A stretch of 64,000 nucleotides of DNA from an uncultured Candidatus Binatia bacterium (lineage in GTDB: Bacteria > Desulfobacterota > Binatia > Bin18): positions 2,334,413 through 2,398,412 of the forward strand of contig OZ241332.1 of assembly GCA_965200125.1 (NCBI GenBank), given 5' to 3'. The stretch's first letter is position 1; each line of letters opens with the position of its first letter. A model generated the notes under the pieces. It did not search any database. It had not been told where the DNA came from and saw only the letters and a list, made by a program, of their open reading frames with translations. The translations under genes were made by a program, and so were the position numbers. Shown piece after piece: positions 53,672 through 62,357 of this stretch.

Positions 53672-56600
53672 ATGAGAACGTTGTTTGCCGGTATCGCGGC
53701 GTTCCTGTTGCTCGCTGCGCCGTTGGACGAGGCTCAGGGTCAAGTTGAGGATGGATCTGAGATCACGAACACCCGTCCGGATCTGGGGACCCTCAGGCTG
53801 CACCCTGGTCCTATTGGGAAAAGCTCTTACACAGTTGGCGACAAGATCCAGTTTGAACTGACGGTCACTCCGGCCGTGACGGTCACCGGGACGCCCCGAG
53901 TGAAACTGCTTTTCGGGGAAGGGTCGGAGGAGAATTATCACTATTGGCAGAATTGGGGATACCACAAAACTCGCCCACCGAGTCCCCCGGCGAGGCGTGT
54001 CGCGCCCCCCTCAGAGGCGGAGTTGAACCGAATGCAGCGGTACGCAGACTACGACGCGGCAGCGTCCAGACCCAACGGCCTCATTTTTTCCTACACGGTC
54101 CAGGCGTCGGACTTCGACCCGGACGGCTTTATTGTTCCAGACCCGCCCATTGACGCGAACGGCGGGGCCATCGTCACTCGAGGCGGCACGCTGGCAGCGG
54201 ATCTGGATTCGCGGTTCGTCGGTGCCCTGCAGGTTGGGTGCGGTGGCCGCAGTTCCCCGCTACTGTGCTTGGTTAATGGCGGGAGGACACAGGTGGCATT
54301 TACGGGGACGCCGGCGAGCGAGAAGACGTACCGTCTGGGCGAATCGATTCGCGTGGCCGTGACCTTCAGCGAGGCGGTAACAGTGACGGGCGCCCCGCAG
54401 GTCGGCTTGACCATCGGGACGCAGACGCGCCAAGCGGCCTACGATGCGTCCCGGTCGAGTGGGACGCGGCTCGTATTCGCCTACCGGGTGCAGGCGTCGG
54501 ATTACGATGAGAATGGGATTAGCATTGCCTTCAATGCTCTGGATCTCAATGGCGGTACGATTACCCTCGTCGATGGTGCTACCAGCGCCCCTCTGCAGCA
54601 CCTCGCGGTTGCGCGGGACGAGACCCGCAAGGTCAGTGGCGGGGGCAGCAACTCCGGCGATTTTCTGCGGGTAAGCAGTGTGGAACTTATCCATCAACCA
54701 CTCAGAGGCGGGGACACCTTCCGGCTGGAGGAACAGATCGGGGTCGGAGTGACGTTCAGCAAGGCGGTTAAGGTAACAGGCACACCGCAGATCGGGCTGA
54801 CCATCGGGGCGCAGACGCGGCAGGCCGTCTATCTGGGCCAATTCCAGTACAACGACAAAAGGAGGCTATCGTTCTCCTATGAAGTGCAGGCGTCGGATCT
54901 CGACACGGACGGGGTCAGCGTCCCCGCAAACGCCCTGAATTTGAATGGAGGAACGATCAAGCTTGCCATAGACCCTACTACGACCGCCTCTCTCCGACAC
55001 GCTGCGGTGGCTGCGGATACGACCAGGAAGGTGGACGGGCGCCCATCGCACACCCCTCCAGAGCTGGGGCCCCTGCGGGGCGGTGAAAATTGGGATCTGG
55101 AGTCGGTGGGAAAATCTGTATCCTTTCCACCGTACACGGCTGGCGACAAGATCTGGTTTGAACTGACGGTCACTCCGGCCGTGACGGTCACCGGGACGCC
55201 CCGCGTGCGGCTGCTTTTCGGAGAAGGAATCCAGTACGACTACTTCTATCATTTATGGAGTAGATACGGATTCCCCTCTGGACAGGAACAGGTGGCGCGG
55301 TACGCGGACTACGACGCAGCGGAGTCCTCACCCAACGCACTCAGATTTTCCTATACGGTCCAGGCGTCGGACTTCGACCCGGACGGATTCATCGTTCCGG
55401 ACCCTCCTATAGACGCGAACGGCGGGGCCATCGTCACCCGAGGCGGCACACTGGCAGCGGATCTGGATGAGAGGTTCGTTGGCGCACTGCAAGCTGGCTG
55501 TGGGGGTCGTGAGGATGCTGCAAACTGCAGGGTCAATGGCGGTACGAACCCCGGTGGGGGCGACACGAATCCGGGCGGCGGGAGCAATCCCGAGCCCAGC
55601 CTGCGGGTCAGCCGCGTCACGTTCACGGGGACGCCGGTAAGCGAGGAGACGTACCGCCTAGGCGAGCAGATTCGCGTGGCCGTGACGTTCAGCGAAGCCG
55701 TGACGGTGACGGGCACCCCGCAGCTCGGGTTGACTATCGGATCCACCACACGGCAGGCGGCCTACGATGCCACGCGGTCCAAAGGGACCTTGCTCACATT
55801 CACCTACACCGTGCAGGCGACGGACGCCGACCCGGATGGGATTAGCATCGAGGCCGACGCGCTGGCGCTCAACGGCGGCACGATCAGCCTCGCCAGCGAC
55901 GCCACCACCGCCGCCGCTCGGAGCCACGCTGCGCTGGCGACGGATGATACCCGCAAGGTGGACGGCAGCACGGACGTCGTGGAGCACGGCGACACCCGGG
56001 AGCAAGCGACGCTGCTCACCCTGACCGTGCGGACGACGGGCGAGGTGGGCGAGACGGGCGGCGACGAGGGCTTTCAGGGCAACGTCGGCACAGCCCGAAG
56101 CGCGGAGATCGCCGGAGCGGTGGAACAGGCGGGCGATGCGGACTACTTCCGGGTGGAGGTGCCCGAAGCAGGAAGCCTGACGGTGGAGACGACGGGAACC
56201 ACGGACACGGAGGGCGTGCTACAGGGCGCGACCGGCCAAACGCTGACCGAAGATGACGACGGCGGAACGGGAACCAACTTTCGGTTGGAGCGGCAAGTGC
56301 AGGCGGGCACGTACTATGTTGCGGTGACGGGCGGGGAGAACGAGCAAGGCATCGGGCTCTACACCCTGTCCGTGCGGTTCACACCCGTGGGAGGCGGGAC
56401 GACCGTCGGGGATGTAGTCCCACCGTCGGGGAGCGGACCGCCGCCCGCGGGCAGCACACCTCCGGATGGGGGAGAGCCCGGGGACGGAGAGGCGGGTCAG
56501 CCGGCCCCGCTCCGGTTGAATACGGAGACGACGGGGACGTTGGAGCAAGCCGGGGAAGTGGACTACTTCCGGGTGGAGGTCGAGGAAGCCGGGACGGTGA

Positions 56601-58357
56601 CGGTGGAAGCGACCGGCGCGGCGGCCCCGATGGCGTACTTTGGAGCGGGGGACGAGCCGTTGCTGCACCAGAGTGCCGCGCAGAGTGCAAGTGGTAGAAG
56701 TAGAGAAGAGCCCCGTGGGGCAGCGTGGCCGGTGACGGCGGGCACGTACCATGTGGCGGTGGTCGGAGGGGCCGCGCGGATACAGACGGGGGCCTACACC
56801 GTGGCGGTGCGCTTCACCGCGGCCAGCGAGGTCGGGCCCCTGCAAGCCACGCTGCCGAACCTGTCACCGGCACAGGCGTGGGTGCATTTCTACTGTCGGC
56901 GCGCGCAGCAGTCCGAGGCGGCGGCGTGCACCGCGCAGGTGCAATGCGGGCAGGGAGACGGGCCGCCGGTAGCGTGGGCCGTAGAGGTCGCGCCGGAGAC
57001 GATACACACCTACTGGCCGGGACAGACGCGGGCAGATGGGACGCCCGACGACTTGGCAGCCGCGTTGGTCGCCGCGGGCATGGCCGAGGCGGCCGCGCAG
57101 CAGCGGACGACGTGCCGGGTGTTCAGTGCGGACCCGCTGGACGTGCGGGCGTACACGCGGGTCGGACAGGACGTCGTGCCGGTAGCATACCCGCCGGCCC
57201 CGGTGGACGCGACGGCCCCGGCGCGCGTGGCGACGTTGTTGAACGTAGCGCCGGCGCACGCCTGGGTGCATCTCTCGTGTCAGAAGACCCTTGCACCGGA
57301 CGCGGAGACCGTCGATCCGTGCGCCGTCCGCTTGCAATGCGGGCAACAGGCCGGGCCGCCGGTGGCGTGGGAGGTGGAGGTCGCTGCGGAGACGACGGTG
57401 GCCTACGGGCCGGGCGGGACGGCGGGCGACTTGGCCGCGGCGTTGGTCGCAGCGGGCAAGAGCGCGGCCGAAGCCCGGCGGCGGACGACGTGTCAAGTCT
57501 TCAGCCGCGATCCGGTGGACGCCTGGGCATACACGCGGGTCGCAGAGAAGTTGGTATCCGTGGCGAATCCGCCGGCTCCGGTGGACGCTGCCGCCCCGAC
57601 GCGGGTGACGACGTTACAGAACTTGGCGCCGGCAGACGCGTGGGTGCATTTCTACTGTCGCAAAGCGCATCGGTCGGACGCGGAGACCGCCGATCCGTGC
57701 ACTGTGCGCTTACAATGCGGGCAACGGGATGGGGCGCCGGTGGCCTGGGATGTGGCGGTCGCGCCGGAGACGATCTTCACGTACTGGCCGGACCGGACGG
57801 CGGCGGATGGGACGCGAGCCGACTTCGAGGCCGCGCTCATCGCCGCGGGCAAGGGGGAGACGGAAGCCCGACGGCGGACGACATGTCAGGTGTTCAGTAC
57901 CGATCCGGTGGACGTGCGGGGCTACACGCGGCTGGGCGGGGAGGTGGTACCGGTAGCGAACCCGCCGATCATGCCTACCGCCGACACTCCGACGCGCATC
58001 GGGACGTTGCTGAACTTGGCGCCGGCCCACGCCTGGGTGCATTTCTACTGTCGGAAAGCGCAGCGACCGGACGCAGAGACCGTTGAGCCGTGCACCGTGC
58101 GCCTGCAATGCGGGCAACGGGATGGAGCGTCGGTGGCGTGGGGTGTGGAGATCGCACCGGAGACGCTCGTCAGCTACTGGCCGGGGCGGATGGCACCGGA
58201 TGGGACACTGGACAACTTGGTGGCCGCGCTGGTCACGGCGGGCAAGACAGAAGCTGAAGCCCGGCGACGGACGACGTGTCAAGTGTTCAGTGCCGATCCG
58301 GTAGATGTGCGGGGCTACACGCGGCTCGGCGAGACCATCGTCCCCGTGAAGAACTGA
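53672..58357 (+). CDS. Giant secreted repeat protein (1561 aa from ATG 53672). It has two A modules, three Ig-like B modules, two PPC-like domains and four C-terminal four-Cys modules.
   Basis: The signal peptide is MRTLFAGIAAFLLLAAPLDEAQG. B modules carry ..VTFSEAVTVTG.PQ.GLTIG..TRQA.Y..... FSY.VQA.D.D.DG.S......L.LNGGTI. PPC-like domains carry GD.DYFRVEV.EAG..TVE.TG .. YTL/VxVRFT. See the findings for the C-terminal modules. Confidence 0.85.
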   Translation: MRTLFAGIAAFLLLAAPLDEAQGQVEDGSEITNTRPDLGTLRLHPGPIGKSSYTVGDKIQFELTVTPAVTVTGTPRVKLLFGEGSEENYHYWQNWGYHKTRPPSPPARRVAPPSEAELNRMQRYADYDAAASRPNGLIFSYTVQASDFDPDGFIVPDPPIDANGGAIVTRGGTLAADLDSRFVGALQVGCGGRSSPLLCLVNGGRTQVAFTGTPASEKTYRLGESIRVAVTFSEAVTVTGAPQVGLTIGTQTRQAAYDASRSSGTRLVFAYRVQASDYDENGISIAFNALDLNGGTITLVDGATSAPLQHLAVARDETRKVSGGGSNSGDFLRVSSVELIHQPLRGGDTFRLEEQIGVGVTFSKAVKVTGTPQIGLTIGAQTRQAVYLGQFQYNDKRRLSFSYEVQASDLDTDGVSVPANALNLNGGTIKLAIDPTTTASLRHAAVAADTTRKVDGRPSHTPPELGPLRGGENWDLESVGKSVSFPPYTAGDKIWFELTVTPAVTVTGTPRVRLLFGEGIQYDYFYHLWSRYGFPSGQEQVARYADYDAAESSPNALRFSYTVQASDFDPDGFIVPDPPIDANGGAIVTRGGTLAADLDERFVGALQAGCGGREDAANCRVNGGTNPGGGDTNPGGGSNPEPSLRVSRVTFTGTPVSEETYRLGEQIRVAVTFSEAVTVTGTPQLGLTIGSTTRQAAYDATRSKGTLLTFTYTVQATDADPDGISIEADALALNGGTISLASDATTAAARSHAALATDDTRKVDGSTDVVEHGDTREQATLLTLTVRTTGEVGETGGDEGFQGNVGTARSAEIAGAVEQAGDADYFRVEVPEAGSLTVETTGTTDTEGVLQGATGQTLTEDDDGGTGTNFRLERQVQAGTYYVAVTGGENEQGIGLYTLSVRFTPVGGGTTVGDVVPPSGSGPPPAGSTPPDGGEPGDGEAGQPAPLRLNTETTGTLEQAGEVDYFRVEVEEAGTVTVEATGAAAPMAYFGAGDEPLLHQSAAQSASGRSREEPRGAAWPVTAGTYHVAVVGGAARIQTGAYTVAVRFTAASEVGPLQATLPNLSPAQAWVHFYCRRAQQSEAAACTAQVQCGQGDGPPVAWAVEVAPETIHTYWPGQTRADGTPDDLAAALVAAGMAEAAAQQRTTCRVFSADPLDVRAYTRVGQDVVPVAYPPAPVDATAPARVATLLNVAPAHAWVHLSCQKTLAPDAETVDPCAVRLQCGQQAGPPVAWEVEVAAETTVAYGPGGTAGDLAAALVAAGKSAAEARRRTTCQVFSRDPVDAWAYTRVAEKLVSVANPPAPVDAAAPTRVTTLQNLAPADAWVHFYCRKAHRSDAETADPCTVRLQCGQRDGAPVAWDVAVAPETIFTYWPDRTAADGTRADFEAALIAAGKGETEARRRTTCQVFSTDPVDVRGYTRLGGEVVPVANPPIMPTADTPTRIGTLLNLAPAHAWVHFYCRKAQRPDAETVEPCTVRLQCGQRDGASVAWGVEIAPETLVSYWPGRMAPDGTLDNLVAALVTAGKTEAEARRRTTCQVFSADPVDVRGYTRLGETIVPVKN
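56837..58354 (+). repeat. Four tandem coding repeats of 381, 378, 393 and 366 nt within the giant gene.
   Basis: Units start at 56837, 57218, 57596 and 57989. Each begins P..(V/I)(A/T/G)TL.N(L/V)(A/S)PA.AWVH(F/L).C and ends ..RRTTC.VFS.DP.D.(R/W).YTR....(V/L)V(P/S)V. Confidence 0.9.
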
Positions 58358-58388
58358 GCCGGCCGGATACCCAAGATCAAGACGACGC

Positions 58389-58422
58389 GGGCGGGGCCGG
58401 GAGAAAGATTTTCGGCCCGCCC
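58389..58422 (+). terminator. Possible stem-loop terminator or REP unit after the giant gene.
   Basis: gggcggggccg (58389-58399) pairs with cggcccgccc (58413-58422) with one bulge and a 13-nt loop. The downstream T-tract is weak. Confidence 0.3.
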
Positions 58423-58769
58423 TTCAAGTCCAAGCCATATCCGAGAGCGGTCGCGTTCGACCCCGCTCGCACGGCGATGCTGGGTAGATTGAGCCTGGAT
58501 TTGTTGAAGAGGAACTGCTTATTGGGGGAAGGAGATAAAAGACACTCCCGAAGGCAGTTTCTCCTCATCATATCTGTGCAAGTAGATATCCATGTTTGAG
58601 GTTCCCGCTTCCGCGGGAATACCGCCCGGCTGGGATTTTCAAGGCTTTTGTAACCCATTTTGCCGTGCCCGCGCAAAAGGTCGCTGGTTTCTCGTGTTTT
58701 CTTGCCTTTCCCAGGGACGTCTGCATACCGGCCAGCCCCGTCCGCTCTGCCTTTGAAAAGGAAAGCCGC

Positions 58770-59966
58770 ATGCGTCCGCTCGACGACCTCCGTGTCCTGG
58801 ACCTCACGCACGTTTTCAACGGTCCGTATGCCGCACAGGTGCTCGGCTTTCTGGGGGCCGAGATCATCAAGGTCGAAGCGCTGCCGCACGGCGAACGCGC
58901 GCGCAGCATCTTTCCGATCCCGGACGCCAAGACGCAGAGCTATCCGTTCGTGATGCTCAACTCCAACAAGAAGGGCATCACACTGAACCTCAAGTCCGAG
59001 CGCGGCACCGCGTTGTTCAAGCGCCTGGTCGCCCAGGTGGACGTGGTGATGGAAAACTTCGCCGCCGGCACGCTGGACAAGCTGGGGCTGGGATACGACG
59101 TGCTCAAAGCCGTCAACCCGCGCGTCATCTACGCCTCCAGTTCCGGCTATGGGAAGAGCGGCCCGTACAGCGACTACCCGGCGTTCGACTCCATCGTGCA
59201 GGCCATGTCCGGCATCATGGCGACGACCGGCGATCCCGCCGGCCCGCCCATGAAGGCCGGTCCGCCGATCATGGACATCATGGGCGGCATCCACTTTGCC
59301 GCCGGCATCCTGGCCGCGGTGCACCAGCGGGACCGGACCGGCCGCGGCCTGCAAATGGAGACGTCGCTGTTCGAGTCGGCCATTGCCCCGCTCACCGCCC
59401 AGATCTCGGCCTACCGCGCCCACGGCGGCAAATACGACCGGGCCGGCAACCGCGCGCCCAACCGCGCCTTCTCACCCTACAACTGCTACCCGGCGCGCGA
59501 CGGCCACGTCCTGCTGCTCACGTCCGACAACCGGCGCTGGCAGGTGCTGTGCAGGTTGATGGGCCGCGAGGACCTGGCCGAGGACGAACGCTTCGCCACC
59601 AACGCCGCGCGTCGCATGAGAGCGGACGAGGTGGACGCCCTCGTCGGCGCCTGGACCCGCCAGCACACCAAACACGACCTGATGCGCCTGTGCGGCGAGG
59701 CCGACGTCACCTGCGGCGCGGTGCAGACCGTCGAAGAAGTGCTGCACGACCCGCACCTGCGCGAGCGCGGCATCCTCAAGGACATCGAGCACCCGTCCGC
59801 GGGCACGGTGACGGTGTTGGGTCCGCCGTGGCGCTTCGACGGCGAACAGCCGCCGACCACCGCGCCCAGCCCCGACCTGGGCGAGCACAACGACGTCGTC
59901 TACCGCGACCTGCTGGGTTTGTCCGCGGCCGAGATCGCCCAATTGAAGGACGACGGCGTAATCTGA
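58770..59966 (+). CDS. Family III CoA-transferase (CaiB/BaiF).
   Basis: Internal ATG 58770. LRVLDLTHVFNGPYAAQVLGFLGAEIIKVE and ENF..GTLDKLGLGYD are present. Confidence 0.9.
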   Translation: MRPLDDLRVLDLTHVFNGPYAAQVLGFLGAEIIKVEALPHGERARSIFPIPDAKTQSYPFVMLNSNKKGITLNLKSERGTALFKRLVAQVDVVMENFAAGTLDKLGLGYDVLKAVNPRVIYASSSGYGKSGPYSDYPAFDSIVQAMSGIMATTGDPAGPPMKAGPPIMDIMGGIHFAAGILAAVHQRDRTGRGLQMETSLFESAIAPLTAQISAYRAHGGKYDRAGNRAPNRAFSPYNCYPARDGHVLLLTSDNRRWQVLCRLMGREDLAEDERFATNAARRMRADEVDALVGAWTRQHTKHDLMRLCGEADVTCGAVQTVEEVLHDPHLRERGILKDIEHPSAGTVTVLGPPWRFDGEQPPTTAPSPDLGEHNDVVYRDLLGLSAAEIAQLKDDGVI

Positions 59967-60089
59967 GAACGGCAGGTCAGGCAGACTTCGGCGACGCGTA
60001 CGCAGACGCCAACGCACTTGTGCCTCCCTTTGTGCCTACGTTATGTTCCCACGGATATTCCAACGTATTGTCAACTCGTGAGGTGAGAT

Positions 60090-60455
60090 ATGAAGGCCGT
60101 CAGCGTCCGAGAGTTGAAGAACAATCCGTCCGCAGCACTCCGCGCCGCGCGCGAGCATCCCGTCATGGTTCTCAACCGTCACCAGCCGGAAGCGCTGCTC
60201 GTGCACCTCGATGACGATCTCCTGCTGACCGACCCGGGGGTACGGAAGGCGCTTGCCACCGCGCTCTACCGCGACCAGAGCCTGTCGCTCGGACGGGCAG
60301 CCCGCTTTTCCGGTCTCAGCATAGCCGCGTTCATCCAACACGTATCGAAGATGGGCATCCCTGTGGTGAGGGGTACGGCAGCCAGCGTACGAGAAGACGC
60401 CGAGGCAATCCGCACATGGCGAAACGGCTCGTCGCAGCCGACGCAAGCCCGCTGA
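60090..60455 (+). CDS. Fusion antitoxin: a Phd/YefM-like N-terminus plus a UPF0175 domain.
   Basis: MKAVSVRELKNNPSAALRAAREHPVMVLNRHQPEALLV is Phd/YefM-like. ALATALYRDQSLSLGRAARFSGLSIAAFIQHVSKMGIPV is UPF0175-like. Confidence 0.7.
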   Translation: MKAVSVRELKNNPSAALRAAREHPVMVLNRHQPEALLVHLDDDLLLTDPGVRKALATALYRDQSLSLGRAARFSGLSIAAFIQHVSKMGIPVVRGTAASVREDAEAIRTWRNGSSQPTQAR

Positions 60456-60907
60456 TCGGGCTGGCCACGGCGGGAGCGTTCGACCTGCTCCGCAGCCTCT
60501 TTGGCCAAGTCACCGTGACGACCACGGTTCATGACGAGGTACTGGCGGGCGGCGAACTGCCCGGCGTCCGGGATCTGACCGGCGCGGTAGAAGCCCGGTG
60601 GGTCACGGTCGCTCGCACCCGGATCGACACCCTCGAGCTTGCCGATCTCGACGCGGGCGAGGCGAGCACGCTGACTCTTGCACTCGAGCATCCCGGTCCA
60701 TCTCTCGTGCTGATGGACGAAGCGTTCGGACGGGTCTGGGCCCGTGAGCATGGGCTGACCGTCATCGGCGTAGCCGGCGTGCTGCTTGCGGCCAAGGAAG
60801 CGCGTCTCGTACAGAGCATCCGACCATACTTCGCGCTTTTGGAGCGGAGCAATTTCAGACTTTCGAACGAAATCATCCATGCCGTGTTGGCACAGGCCGG
60901 AGAATGA
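60416..60907 (+). CDS. DUF3368 (PIN-like) putative toxin.
   Basis: VAADASPLIGLATAGAFDLLRSLF .. LDAGEASTLTLALE .. LVLMDEAFGRVWAREHGLTVIGVAGVLLAAKEARL. It overlaps the antitoxin by 40 nt. Confidence 0.7.
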   Translation: MAKRLVAADASPLIGLATAGAFDLLRSLFGQVTVTTTVHDEVLAGGELPGVRDLTGAVEARWVTVARTRIDTLELADLDAGEASTLTLALEHPGPSLVLMDEAFGRVWAREHGLTVIGVAGVLLAAKEARLVQSIRPYFALLERSNFRLSNEIIHAVLAQAGE

Positions 60908-60993
60908 TGCTCGGAAATCAAGAGATTTCTCGGAGCGTATAATCAGTCCAGGCACCCTTGCTCGCCGCCGGTCCGCTGCCTATTCTCGCCGCC

Positions 60994-62334
60994 ATGCCCG
61001 CACTGCCGCCCGGTCCGCGTATTCCGCGGCTGTTGCAGATTCTCAAATGGGTCCGCCAGCCCATCCCGTTCATGCGGGCGTGTGCCCGGGCGCATGGCGA
61101 TGCGTTCACCGTGCGCTGGCCCGGTGTGCCGCCGCTGGCGTTTTTCAGCGATCCCGCGGTCATCAAACAGATATTCACTGCCGACCCAGAACGGTTGCAG
61201 GCCGGACAGGCCAACGTCGTGCTCAAGCCGATCCTGGGTCCGAACTCGATCCTGCTGCTTGACGGCGCCCGGCACAAACGCGAGCGCAAACTGCTCATGC
61301 CGCCCTTCCACGGCGAGCGGATGCGGCTGTACGGCGCCGTGATGGGCGAGGTCGCCGACCAGTCGATCGGCGACTGGCCGGTCGAGACGCCGTTTTCGCT
61401 GCACGCGCGGATGCAGCAGATCACGCTGGACATCATTCTGCGGACCGTGTTCGGGGTGGAGGAAGGTGCGCGGCTGGCCCGCCTGCGCGCGTTGCTGATC
61501 GAGTTTCTCAAGCTGGTCGGCAACAGTCCGCTGCTCCTGGTCCGCTGGCTGCAAATCGACTTGGGGCCGCTCACCGCCTGGAGGCGGATCACCGTACTCG
61601 CCCGCGCAATCGATACGCTGTTGTACGAGGAGATCGCGCGGCGCAAGGCCGAGCCCCAGGACGGGCGGACCGACATCATGGCCATGCTCGTCGCCGCGCG
61701 CGACGAAGACGGCCAACCGATGAGCGACGCGGAAATCCGGGACGAGATGATCACCATGCTGCTGGCCGGGCACGAGACCACGGCGACCTCGCTGGCATGG
61801 GCGACGCACCGCCTGTTGCACCATCCCGAGGCATTGCAGACCGCCCGGACGGAAGTCACGTCGGTACTCGGAAACGGGCGGAAGGCACCGCTGGCGGAGC
61901 AGGTCGCCGAACTCGGCTATCTCGACGCCGTCATCAAGGAGACCGCGCGCCTGCATCCCATCGTCCCCATCGTCGCGCGCTATCTCGAAGTGCCGACCCG
62001 TATCGGAGACTTCGATCTGCCCGCGGGCAGCGTGGCCGCGCCGTGCATCTATCTCACCCACCGGCGGCCCGACGTCTGGCCGGACCCGGAGACGTTCAAA
62101 CCGGAACGCTTCATCGACCGACGCGTTGACCCCTACGCCTTCTTTCCGTTCGGCGGCGGGGTGCGCCACTGCCTGGGCGCGGCGTTCGCCACGTACGAAA
62201 TGAAGATCGTGCTGGCCCGGGTCCTGGCGCGCGTCTCCCTGCGGCCGGACCCGACCCATGCGGTGCGCACGGTACGGCGCAGCATCACGTTCGCGCCATC
62301 GGGCGGCCTGCCCGTGATCCGCGCCGCGGCCTAG
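60994..62334 (+). CDS. Cytochrome P450.
   Basis: ATG 60994 (the track ORF starts at TTG 60958). LLAGHETTA is the I-helix, ETARL is ExxR, and FFPFGGGVRHCLGAAFA is the heme-Cys loop. Confidence 0.9.
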   Translation: MPALPPGPRIPRLLQILKWVRQPIPFMRACARAHGDAFTVRWPGVPPLAFFSDPAVIKQIFTADPERLQAGQANVVLKPILGPNSILLLDGARHKRERKLLMPPFHGERMRLYGAVMGEVADQSIGDWPVETPFSLHARMQQITLDIILRTVFGVEEGARLARLRALLIEFLKLVGNSPLLLVRWLQIDLGPLTAWRRITVLARAIDTLLYEEIARRKAEPQDGRTDIMAMLVAARDEDGQPMSDAEIRDEMITMLLAGHETTATSLAWATHRLLHHPEALQTARTEVTSVLGNGRKAPLAEQVAELGYLDAVIKETARLHPIVPIVARYLEVPTRIGDFDLPAGSVAAPCIYLTHRRPDVWPDPETFKPERFIDRRVDPYAFFPFGGGVRHCLGAAFATYEMKIVLARVLARVSLRPDPTHAVRTVRRSITFAPSGGLPVIRAAA

Positions 62335-62357
62335 CCCGCCGGCTTCCTGCGGAACGG

